In this document: positions 17,811 through 24,729 of the stretch, in pieces
Layout of the letters: every line of letters starts with the position of its first letter
Numbering within the stretch: the first letter of the stretch is position 1
NCBI GenBank assembly: GCA_035645255.1
Contig: DASQMY010000313.1
Span: forward strand, 1 to 33,921
DNA: 33,921 bases
Origin: Mycobacteriales bacterium
GTDB taxonomy: Bacteria; Actinomycetota; Actinomycetes; BP-191
Direction: 5' to 3'
Made by a program: the position numbers and the translations under genes
Notes under the pieces: model-generated
Database searches by the model: none
Told to the model about the DNA's origin: nothing
Seen by the model: the letters and a program-made list of their open reading frames with translations, nothing else

Positions 17811-18113
17811 TCAGGTCGCGATGCGCGTGTAGCGCGTGACCCCCACGCCGCGGGCCTTCGCCGGGTCGGTCGGGATCCGGTCGTGCGATGCCCGGTGGTC
17901 GGCCGACCGCATGTACGCGCGGAACGCCGCCTCGTCGTCCCACCAGGTGACCATCAGGTAGGCGCCGGCGCGCTGGTGGTCGCGCCAGACCTCCAGCCGC
18001 TGGAACCCGTCGTGACCCTCCACGGCCCGCAGCCGGTCCTCGAACGCCGCTTCCAGCACGCCGGTCCCCACGACGTCGACGGCCAGCTCGCTCGCCACCA
18101 CGAACGCGGTCAC
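17811..18113 (-). CDS. ABM-domain (antibiotic biosynthesis monooxygenase / IsdG-MhuD-like fold) protein
   Basis: 100 aa. GFQRLEVWRD...YLMVTWWDDEAAFRAYMRSADHRASH is a typical ABM pattern. The GTG start overlaps the upstream stop (GTGA). Confidence 0.7.
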   Translation of the reverse strand: MTAFVVASELAVDVVGTGVLEAAFEDRLRAVEGHDGFQRLEVWRDHQRAGAYLMVTWWDDEAAFRAYMRSADHRASHDRIPTDPAKARGVGVTRYTRIAT

Positions 18114-19201
18114 GGCCGCTCCCCCATGGGGTCTCGGCGGTCACCCCGGTCGCCGGGCTCCCCGGAGGGCTCGGCCCCGTGACCGGCCGACGTCTCGCCG
18201 ATCCGGGCGGCGCGTGCCCGGCTGGCCTCGTCGCGCAGGATGCCGGCCGCGCGCGGCGCGTCGTCGGTCACGGCGCCGGCGAGGTAGTCGCAGCTGTCGA
18301 TGATCGCTTCCGCCGGCACGCCGCGCGGCGTGAGCAGGCCGAGCAGCCAGCTGAGCACGTCGCGGACGATCGTGGGGTCGTCGCAGGCGACCGCGGCCGC
18401 GGCATGCCGGGCCAGCCAGCCGAAGTCCTCGAACGTCCGGTCCCGCTGCACCGACGTCATGGAGCTCAGCCACGCATCGCGGGCCGACTGCCGGGCGAGC
18501 GCGCGCTCGATCAGCTCGGTCGGCACGGCGTCGAGGAGCAGCGCCTCGGCCGGGACGGGATGCGCGCCTGCGGTGACCGGCATCCCGGCCACGCTGCGGA
18601 CGGCTTCGGTGAGGCGCGTCGCGTCGGCGAGCCACATGTCGGCGCCCAGCCGGCGGGCGCGGTGCTGCGACCCGCCCCACGCCCAGCCGCCCACGATCAC
18701 CGGTACGCCGGCCGCGTGCGCCGCGTCGATGCTGCGCGCCGCACCGATCAGGTTGGTCGGCATCGTGCAGGACAGTGCGAGCGCGGCCGGCGCGACGACG
18801 CGCAGGTGCCGGCCAAGGTGGTCGGCCGGCACGCTGCCGCCGACCATGATGACCTCGAGGGCGGTGTCCTCGGCGAGGCCGCGGGCCAGGCGGGCGGGCA
18901 GCGTGTGCCACTCGCCCTCGGCGCAGGCGAGCACGACGCGCAGGGTGTCCGCGTCCCGGGCGCTCGCGGCGGACAGCCGAGCGAGCGCCTGCTCGGAGAT
19001 CGCCGTCGCCGCATGCTCGTCCGCGACCGTCCAGGTGCCGTCGAACCACAGGTCGCCGACGCGCTGCTGAGCCGGGATCACGATGTCGCGCACCAGGTCG
19101 CCGCGCGACGCACCGCGCGCGAGCGCCTGCTCCAGCGTGTCCAGCGCCGCGGCGGCGTCGGCGGCCGCCAGGGCGGCGAAGTAGTCGTCGAACGTGGACA
19201 T
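18110..19201 (-). CDS. stand-alone CarH/LitR-like cobalamin-binding protein (B12-binding_2 helix bundle + B12 Rossmann domain + ~170-aa C-terminal helical domain), no DNA-binding domain
   Basis: Start ATG 19201 (MSTFDDYF...), 363 aa. VGDLW-FDGTWTVAD-EH is a Wx9EH motif. CAEGEWHTLP is an E-x-H motif. SCTMPTNL and VPVIVGG are the S-x-L and GG motifs of B12-binding domains. The track ORF 18110..19693 is over-extended. Confidence 0.7.
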   Translation of the reverse strand: MSTFDDYFAALAAADAAAALDTLEQALARGASRGDLVRDIVIPAQQRVGDLWFDGTWTVADEHAATAISEQALARLSAASARDADTLRVVLACAEGEWHTLPARLARGLAEDTALEVIMVGGSVPADHLGRHLRVVAPAALALSCTMPTNLIGAARSIDAAHAAGVPVIVGGWAWGGSQHRARRLGADMWLADATRLTEAVRSVAGMPVTAGAHPVPAEALLLDAVPTELIERALARQSARDAWLSSMTSVQRDRTFEDFGWLARHAAAAVACDDPTIVRDVLSWLLGLLTPRGVPAEAIIDSCDYLAGAVTDDAPRAAGILRDEASRARAARIGETSAGHGAEPSGEPGDRGDRRDPMGERP

Positions 19202-20154
19202 CAGCGCTCGCCCATTGCGCCGTAGTCTACGGCGGCAGCGGTCGCCACCTGGCCGGTGCCGGCCCGGTCGAGCGCTGCCCCGGCCGCGCGGACGGCGACG
19301 TCCGCACCGCGCTCGTCGACGACCGCGACGCCCGCCGCGACTCTGAGACGCGGCTCGCCGGCGTGACCCGCCCGGTGGCGCCGATGCCAGCGCGTGGCCA
19401 GCCGGCGCAGTCGCACGACGACTGTCTCCACAGGTACGTCGGCGAGCACGAGCGCGAACTCGCGCTCCCCGTACCGGCCGGAGAACTCGCCCACCCGGAC
19501 CACGCTGCGGAGCAGGGCGCCGAAGGCGCGCAGCGGCTCGTCGGTCGCGGCGCCTTCGGGCGCGGTCAGCCGGAGCAGGCAGACCACCTCGCCGGCGGCA
19601 GCCGCAGCCACCCGGCTGCGGGTCTCGGCGGGCGCGGGCAGACCTGTCGCCGGGTCGAGGGCCGGCTGCCGGTCGCGCCGGAGCCGGTCGCACCGCGCGG
19701 CCGACAGCAGTGCGTGCTCGACCAGCAGCGGCAGGTGCTCTGTCAGCTGCATGGCGGCGACGCTCAGCGGCTCGGCGAGCACGACCTGCGGCTCTCCGTC
19801 GCCGAGCGAGATGTCCACCGGGATCGCGTCCTCGTCGGCGAGCCGGGCCGGCACGACGGTGCCCCCGAGGTCCCGGACGGCCGTTCGCAGCACCTGCGCG
19901 GCGTCGGCGCGCGTCTCCACCTGCTCGAGTGCCCGGATCGCGGCGAGGACCGCGAGGTCGCCGCCCGGATCCTCGCCGGCGGGCGGGTGGCTGCGCGCGC
20001 GGCCGCGTTGAGCGTCTCGACCGGCGGCGGCCGCTGGGCCGGCACCGGTCGGCTGGCTGCCAGGCGGGTCACCGCCCACCGGCTCACCGCCTCCCCGTTC
20101 GCGCCCGGTCTGACCGGTGCCCGGCGGGACACCGCCGGGCGTCAGCTCAGACAT
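19201..20154 (-). CDS. degenerate GGDEF-domain protein with disordered Gly/Pro-rich N-terminus and an unassigned sensor-like middle domain
   Basis: ATG 20154 (MSELTPGG...), 317 aa. GGDEF-like core DPATGLP...VVCLLRL...GRYGEREFALVLADV...RVAAGVAVVD. The signature is GEREF instead of GG(D/E)EF and the D-x-D metal site is absent. The stop overlaps the next start (TGATG). The start codon is uncertain. Confidence 0.6.
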   Translation of the reverse strand: MSELTPGGVPPGTGQTGRERGGGEPVGGDPPGSQPTGAGPAAAAGRDAQRGRARSHPPAGEDPGGDLAVLAAIRALEQVETRADAAQVLRTAVRDLGGTVVPARLADEDAIPVDISLGDGEPQVVLAEPLSVAAMQLTEHLPLLVEHALLSAARCDRLRRDRQPALDPATGLPAPAETRSRVAAAAAGEVVCLLRLTAPEGAATDEPLRAFGALLRSVVRVGEFSGRYGEREFALVLADVPVETVVVRLRRLATRWHRRHRAGHAGEPRLRVAAGVAVVDERGADVAVRAAGAALDRAGTGQVATAAAVDYGAMGER

Positions 20155-20173
20155 CCCGTTCCCCGTCGCACCG

Positions 20174-20365
20174 TCAGGCGAACACGTCGGCCATGACGAG
20201 GCGAACGACGAAGCCGCGCGGCTCCCGCCGCAGCTCGAGCCGGTCGCATAGCGTGCGCGCGAGCCACAGGCCCATGCCGTCGGCCGGCACCAGCGCACCG
20301 GTGAGCTCGGCGTCCGCCGCGTAGATCAACGCGTCGTGCACCAGCGGCGCGGGTGAGGCGGTCAT
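20174..20365 (-). CDS. 63-aa remnant resembling the two ends of an RsbA-like MEDS/HATPase anti-sigma regulatory protein
   Basis: ATG 20365 with AGGAA 6 nt upstream. MTASPAPLVHDALIYAADAELTGALVP (MEDS-start-like) is joined directly to GMGLWLARTLCDRLELRREPRGFVVRL (G2-box/C-terminus of HATPase_c-like). Confidence 0.4.
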   Translation of the reverse strand: MTASPAPLVHDALIYAADAELTGALVPADGMGLWLARTLCDRLELRREPRGFVVRLVMADVFA

Positions 20366-20553
20366 GGCGGTTCCTGGCTCGGATGGCGACGAGGCCGCAT
20401 GGCGGTTGCCCGGACAACCAGGACAGATTCGCACGCTTACGCCGGGAAATGCGCGCCTCGGCCACATAGTTGTGCAGGGAGCGGCTGACGCGCGCGACGC
20501 CGTTGCGTAGCCTCGTAGGTGAACGCACTCCCCGAGAGGCAGGACACGACCCG

Positions 20554-21399
20554 ATGCCCGAGGCAACCACCATGACCCCCAGCGCGCCGGCCTACGACCT
20601 CGCCGACGCGGTCGACAAGCTCTACACCGACGGGATCGTCGGGCTGAAGGGCGCCTTCTCCCGCGACTGGGTCGCGGCGCTCGGCGAGGACATCGACCGG
20701 GCGTTCGACGAGGCGATCGACCGGCCCGGCGGCGCCGTCGGCCGCGGCCCCAACCGCTACTACGTCGAGGTGCACCCTGAGGACTACCGCGGTTTCGTAG
20801 AGCTGTGCACCCACCCGTGGGTCGTCGGCGTCTGCGAGTCGGTGCTCGGCCCCGACTACGAGATCGTCGAGATCGGCTTCGACATCCCGTTCGGGGGTGC
20901 CGTCAACCAGCCGTGGCACCGCGACTTCCCCTCCCCCGCGGACACCTACGAGGGCCGCCGGCTGACCTCGCTCGCGTTCAACATCACCACCGTCGACGTC
21001 GAGCCGGACATGGGGCCGTTCGAGATCGCGCCGGGCACGCAGTGGGAGTCCGGCCTGGACTTCAAGCACCAGATGTTCCCGGACGAGTCGCAGTGGCCCC
21101 GGTACGCCGGACTCGCCCAGCAGAAGCTCACGAAGATGGGCGACATCTCGGCGCGGTCGGCGTTGACCATCCACCGCGGCACGGCCAACCGCACCGACAA
21201 GAAGCGCCCGACGATGGTCCTCGGCGTGGACGCGCCCGGCGCAGGCCACGGCGCGCTGCACGACCTGCAGGTGACGCAGAAGTTCTACGACACCGTGCCG
21301 GACTCGCTGCGCCGGCACCTCGACTGCCGGGTCGTCGACCGGCTCGAGCCGATCGTCCAGAAGCACACGATCGAGGGCCTGGTGATGGGCGCGCCGTGA
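20554..21399 (+). CDS. phytanoyl-CoA dioxygenase (PhyH) family Fe(II)/2-oxoglutarate oxygenase
   Basis: 281 aa from ATG 20554 (alternative start ATG 20572). QPWHRDFP (H-x-D facial triad), distal His and Arg in ALTIHRGTANRT. Confidence 0.75.
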   Translation: MPEATTMTPSAPAYDLADAVDKLYTDGIVGLKGAFSRDWVAALGEDIDRAFDEAIDRPGGAVGRGPNRYYVEVHPEDYRGFVELCTHPWVVGVCESVLGPDYEIVEIGFDIPFGGAVNQPWHRDFPSPADTYEGRRLTSLAFNITTVDVEPDMGPFEIAPGTQWESGLDFKHQMFPDESQWPRYAGLAQQKLTKMGDISARSALTIHRGTANRTDKKRPTMVLGVDAPGAGHGALHDLQVTQKFYDTVPDSLRRHLDCRVVDRLEPIVQKHTIEGLVMGAP

Positions 21400-21401
21400 G
21401 T

Positions 21402-21495
21402 TGACCGGCGCGAGGGGCCGCAGCACGACGGTGGGCGCGCGTCACCCTGACCGGCGCGATGCGGACCACAGCACGAGGACGGGACGCCCGCTCGA
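21402..21495. repeat. two imperfect ~46-48-nt tandem direct repeats immediately after the PhyH stop
   Basis: TGACCGGCGCGA occurs at 21402-21413 and 21448-21459. CAGCACGA occurs at 21421-21428 and 21469-21476. Flanking G-rich blocks are similar. Confidence 0.6.
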
Positions 21496-21511
21496 GTCGT
21501 GCTGCCTAACC

Positions 21512-21618
21512 CCTGCCCCGCCCGGGCGCCAGTTGATCAACCTGGCGCGATTTCATGATCAAGTGAGCATGGAATGATCAAGGAATCGTGCTGGCATGAT
21601 CATCTCGGGCGGGGCGGG
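21512..21618. repeat. AT-rich TGATCA array enclosed by a GC-rich inverted repeat
   Basis: GCCCCGCCCG (21515-21524) is the exact reverse complement of CGGGCGGGGC (21606-21615). Between them, TGATCA occurs at 21535, 21557, 21576 and 21598 (spacing 22/19/22), within TTGATCAA, ATGATCAAG, ATGATCAAG and ATGATCAT. An inner palindrome GCGCCAG-N9-CTGGCGC lies at 21526-21548. Confidence 0.7.
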
Positions 21619-21706
21619 TCCGTCAGGGCCTGCGGGACGGGCGGGTCCCCGTGAGTGCCTGCGGCGTCAGCCGGGCGGGCCCCCGTTGGCCTGCTGCCTC
21701 GTGACC
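21612..21706. repeat. three imperfect GC-rich tandem repeats (27-34 nt)
   Basis: GGGCGGGTCC-GTCAGGGCCTGCGGGAC starts at 21612. GGGCGGGTCCCC-GTGAGTGCCTGCGGCG... starts at 21639. GGGCGGGCCCCC-GTTGGCCTGCTGCC... starts at 21673. Confidence 0.6.
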
Positions 21707-21717
21707 GGGGCCCGCCC
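21673..21717. terminator. 11-bp all-G:C hairpin between convergent genes (possible bidirectional, U-tract-less terminator)
   Basis: GGGCGGGCCCC (21673-21683) pairs with GGGGCCCGCCC (21707-21717), with a 23-nt loop. It lies 17 nt beyond the stop of the minus-strand hemerythrin gene. TTG follows on the plus strand, and there is no real U tract. Confidence 0.45.
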
Positions 21718-21734
21718 TTGATCGTCCGCCGGCG

Positions 21735-22349
21735 TCAGCCCTTGCTGAGCGCCTTGATCAGGTCGTCCTTGGTCATGTCGGAGCGGCCCTCGATCTCCCG
21801 CTCCTGCGCCATCTGGTAGAGCTCCTCACGGGTCAGGTCGACGAGCTGGTCCTTGGTCGTGCCCGACGTGCCGCTCCCGCCGCGCGCTGCGGCCGCGAGC
21901 GTCGTACCGCTCTTGCTCAGGGCGGCCATCTGCTCCTGCTTGATCTGCGCCGCGCTCTCGCCGAGCGCGTCGAGCTTGTCGGCCGATAGGGCCGAGCGCA
22001 TCTTCGGGAAGATCTCGCTCTCCTCCTCCTCGACATGGTGGTTGACCGCGCTCATCAGCTCGTCCACGAGCTGCTCGGCCCGCTCTCCGGCGAATCCCGC
22101 GCGCTCGATCTGCGCGATCAGCTCCTTGGCCTCCGCGTGCTCCTGCTCCGCCTCCTCCTCGAGCTCCTCGCCCTGCGGGACCGACTCGGCCAGCACGGGG
22201 TAGACGGACTGCTCCTCGACGAGCGCGTGGACGGTCAGCTCGAGGCAGATCTGCTGGGCGACCGTGCGGTCCTTGCTCTGCTGCCACTGCGCGTAGAGCG
22301 TCTCGACGCGCCGGTGGTCCTGCTCGAGCATCTCGATGGGGTCAGGCAT
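21735..22349 (-). CDS. hemerythrin-domain protein with C-terminal Rho_N (Rho N-terminal-like) domain
   Basis: 204 aa. MLEQDHRRVETLY...EEQSVYP...EHAEAKELI...HHVEEEESEIFP carries the hemerythrin His/Glu ligands. C-terminal LTREELYQMAQEREIEGRSDMTKDDLIKAL. AGAGGTG SD upstream. Confidence 0.75.
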   Translation of the reverse strand: MPDPIEMLEQDHRRVETLYAQWQQSKDRTVAQQICLELTVHALVEEQSVYPVLAESVPQGEELEEEAEQEHAEAKELIAQIERAGFAGERAEQLVDELMSAVNHHVEEEESEIFPKMRSALSADKLDALGESAAQIKQEQMAALSKSGTTLAAAARGGSGTSGTTKDQLVDLTREELYQMAQEREIEGRSDMTKDDLIKALSKG

Positions 22350-22472
22350 GGCTGGTACACCTCTCGTCGGCTGTTCGTGCGGCTCTGACTACCCGGGTTG
22401 CCGCCGCCGACCCTTACCTGTACGCCAGTCCACCGGTGCGCGAGACGGTCGAGGTGATCGATCTGCGCATTC

Positions 22473-22503
22473 TTGATGTCCACTCCTGATCGGGTCGTAC
22501 ACT
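22473..22503 (+). promoter_or_regulatory. putative promoter of the DeoR gene, probably giving a leaderless or near-leaderless mRNA
   Basis: TTGATG (22473-22478), a 19-nt spacer, then TACACT (22498-22503). The ATG at 22511 is only 7 nt downstream and has no SD. The spacer is longer than optimal. Confidence 0.3.
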
Positions 22504-22510
22504 CCGCGCC

Positions 22511-23278
22511 ATGCTGATAGCCGAGCGTCGGAGGCGGATCCTCCAGGAGGCCCGCGCCACTGGCGCCGTGTCGTTGCGCGATCTCGCCGAGCGGCTCGGG
22601 ACCTCCGAGCCGACGGTGCGCCGCGACCTCCGGGCGATGGCGGCCGAGGGCCTGCTGCACCGCACGCACGGTGGCGCGCTGCTGCCGACCGGCGTCGCCG
22701 ACGAGCCGACCTACTCCGAGAAGGCCGGTCAGGCCGCGGCCGAGAAGAAGGCGATCGCCCGGCTCGCGGTCGGGCTGGTCCAGCCCGGCGAGTCCATCGT
22801 CCTGGGTCCGGGTACGACGACGCTCGCCCTCGCCCGTGAGCTCGCCGGCGTGCCGGACCTGACGGTCGTGACCAACTCGCTGCTCGTGGCGATGGCGCTG
22901 ATGAACGCGCCTGACATCGAGGTCGTGCTCACCGGTGGCACGTTGCGCCGGTCGATCCACGCCCTGGTCGGCCCGTCCACTGAGCAGACCATGCGTGGGC
23001 TGCGCGTGACCCAGGCGTTCCTGTCCGGCAACGGGCTGCGCGCCGACCGCGGTCTGACGACGCCCAACCTGCTCGTCGCGTCGGCCGACCGGGCGCTGGC
23101 CGAGGCGGCCCGGCGGGTCGTCGTGCTGGCCGACCACACCAAGATCGGCAGCGAGACGATGTGCCAGACGGTGCCGGTCGACGGTATCGGCGTCCTGGTC
23201 ACCGACTCGGCGGCGGACGCGGCGGAGACGGCGCGGCTCAGCGACGCCGGCGTCGACGTCCGGGTCGCGCAGGCATAG
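22511..23278 (+). CDS. DeoR/GlpR-family transcriptional regulator
   Basis: 255 aa. N-terminal HTH RRRRILQEARATGAVSLRDLAERLGTSEPTVRRDLRAMAAEGLL. C-terminal DeoR sugar-phosphate-binding domain (ADHTKIG). Confidence 0.9.
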   Translation: MLIAERRRRILQEARATGAVSLRDLAERLGTSEPTVRRDLRAMAAEGLLHRTHGGALLPTGVADEPTYSEKAGQAAAEKKAIARLAVGLVQPGESIVLGPGTTTLALARELAGVPDLTVVTNSLLVAMALMNAPDIEVVLTGGTLRRSIHALVGPSTEQTMRGLRVTQAFLSGNGLRADRGLTTPNLLVASADRALAEAARRVVVLADHTKIGSETMCQTVPVDGIGVLVTDSAADAAETARLSDAGVDVRVAQA

Positions 23279-23441
23279 CCCGTCGACAGCCACAGACGAC
23301 TCGCGAACCCGCGCCGGATGTAACCGATTGCGTAACGATCAGATCTCGTCACGCGGGAACAGTTTGTGTCGCGTCCACCGATCCCTTGACACCGGTTCAC
23401 GCGCGGGAATTGAATCCGCCCGGGCGCGCCAGAATCGCCGA

Positions 23442-23459
23442 TGATCGGGATTGATCGCC
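23442..23459 (+). promoter_or_regulatory. direct repeat TGATCGGG-AT-TGATCGCC in the 5' region of the sugar operon (candidate operator)
   Basis: Two TGATCG units start 10 bp apart, ~95 nt upstream of the SBP ATG. The same 8-mer TGATCGGG occurs at 22487-22494 inside the putative deoR promoter spacer. Confidence 0.25.
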
Positions 23460-23553
23460 GCTGACTGCCCGGTCACCGCCCGAGAGACGCGGTTGCCCAC
23501 TGAGCGCCGGCTGCAGGGCCGGTGCCACGCTCAGCCAGGGAAGGGAAGCACGC

Positions 23554-24621
23554 ATGCTCGCTTCACCACGGACCCGCCGCTCGCTCACCGCCCTCGCGGT
23601 GCTCGGCCTGACGCTCAGCGCGTGCGCCAAGGAGGAAGAGGGGAGCAAGACCGACCCGGCCATCGCGCAGGCCGCTGCCCAGCAGGTCGCCCGGACCGAG
23701 GGCGAGCTGTGCAAGATGAAGGCCTACGGCATGAAGAAGCAGGACCTGAGCAAGATCACGGTCGGCTTCGCGCAGTCGGAGAAGGAGAACAACCCGTTCC
23801 GCACGGCGGAGACGCAGTCCATCAAGGACGAGGCGGCCAAGCGGGGAATCAAGCTGATCACCAGTGGCGCGGACGGCGACCTCAACAAGGAGATCTCCGA
23901 CATCAAGGACATGATCCAGAAGGGCGCCAAGGCCCTGATCGTCTCCCCGCTGAAGTCCGAGGGTCTCGACCCGGCGCTGACCGAGGCCAAGGAGAAGGGC
24001 ATCCCGGTCTTCACGATCGACCGCCTGCTCACGACGAAGAAGCACTGCGTCGACTACCTCGGATGGGTCGGGTCCGACTTCGTCGACCAGGGCAAGAAGG
24101 CCGCCGAGGCGATGCTGAAGGCGACCGGCAAGAAGGGCGTCGGCGTCACGCTGCTCGGCGCGGCCGGCGTCAACGTGACCGACGACCGCAACAAGGGCTA
24201 CCGCGAGGTGATCGACAAGTGCGCATGCGAGTTCAAGGTGGTGGCCGAGCAGACCGGTGACTTCGACCGGGCCAAGGGCCAGGCGGTCACCGAGCAGCTG
24301 CTGCAGAAGCACAAGGACCTGACCGCGATCTACGCGCACAACGACGAGATGGCCCTCGGGGCGAAGGCTGCTCTGGAGGCGGCCGGCAAGAAGGCCGGCG
24401 ACGTCAAGATCGTCACCATCGACGGCACGAAGGGCGCCGTCCAGGGTCTGGTCGACGGCTGGATCAGCGGCGTCATCGAGTCCAACCCGCGGTTCGGACC
24501 GCTAGCGTTCCAGGCGCTGGACGACTTCTACAACGACAAGGGTGTCCCCGCCGTCACGATCATCAAGGACGACGAGTACACGCCGGAGAACGCCAAGGAG
24601 AAGCTGAGCAAGGCCTACTAG
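23554..24621 (+). CDS. sugar ABC transporter substrate-binding lipoprotein, YtfQ-like (galactofuranose/galactose type)
   Basis: 355 aa. Signal peptide plus lipobox LSAC. ITVGFAQSE..., IPVFTIDR, QTGDFDRAKG and IYAHNDEMALGA parallel E. coli YtfQ as I recall it. Confidence 0.8.
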   Translation: MLASPRTRRSLTALAVLGLTLSACAKEEEGSKTDPAIAQAAAQQVARTEGELCKMKAYGMKKQDLSKITVGFAQSEKENNPFRTAETQSIKDEAAKRGIKLITSGADGDLNKEISDIKDMIQKGAKALIVSPLKSEGLDPALTEAKEKGIPVFTIDRLLTTKKHCVDYLGWVGSDFVDQGKKAAEAMLKATGKKGVGVTLLGAAGVNVTDDRNKGYREVIDKCACEFKVVAEQTGDFDRAKGQAVTEQLLQKHKDLTAIYAHNDEMALGAKAALEAAGKKAGDVKIVTIDGTKGAVQGLVDGWISGVIESNPRFGPLAFQALDDFYNDKGVPAVTIIKDDEYTPENAKEKLSKAY

Positions 24622-24631
24622 GCAGGCGCGG

Positions 24632-24668
24632 GCGGTCCGGGCCGGTCGTGGAGACCGGCCCGGACCGC
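24632..24668 (+). terminator. 14-bp GC-rich hairpin just after the SBP gene (intra-operon attenuator / mRNA stabiliser candidate)
   Basis: GCGGTCCGGGCCGG (24632-24645) pairs perfectly with CCGGCCCGGACCGC (24655-24668), with a 9-nt loop. It starts 10 nt after the stop. No U tract. Confidence 0.45.
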
Positions 24669-24729
24669 GCGTACTCCCCAGCAGGCGCCCCGAGCTTCCC
24701 GGCACTGGCAACGAGGACGTGAGTCACGA

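Noticed and set aside
21533-21604. TGATCA array as the promoter/operator of a flanking gene, or as oriC/dif
   Set aside because: Both flanking genes converge on this region, so it cannot be their promoter. There are no DnaA boxes or recognisable XerCD-type dif half-sites. It is kept as an unexplained element in the findings rather than assigned a function.
21612-21706. GC-rich tandem repeats considered as a mini CRISPR array
   Set aside because: There are only three degenerate units of unequal length. They have no unique spacers of regular size between conserved repeats, and there are no cas genes in the window.
23386-23415. TTGACA at 23386-23391 as the -35 of the sugar-operon promoter
   Set aside because: No convincing TANNNT -10 hexamer lies at 16-19 nt (only ATTGAA/TTGAAT). 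It is too weak to list as a feature without transcription start data.
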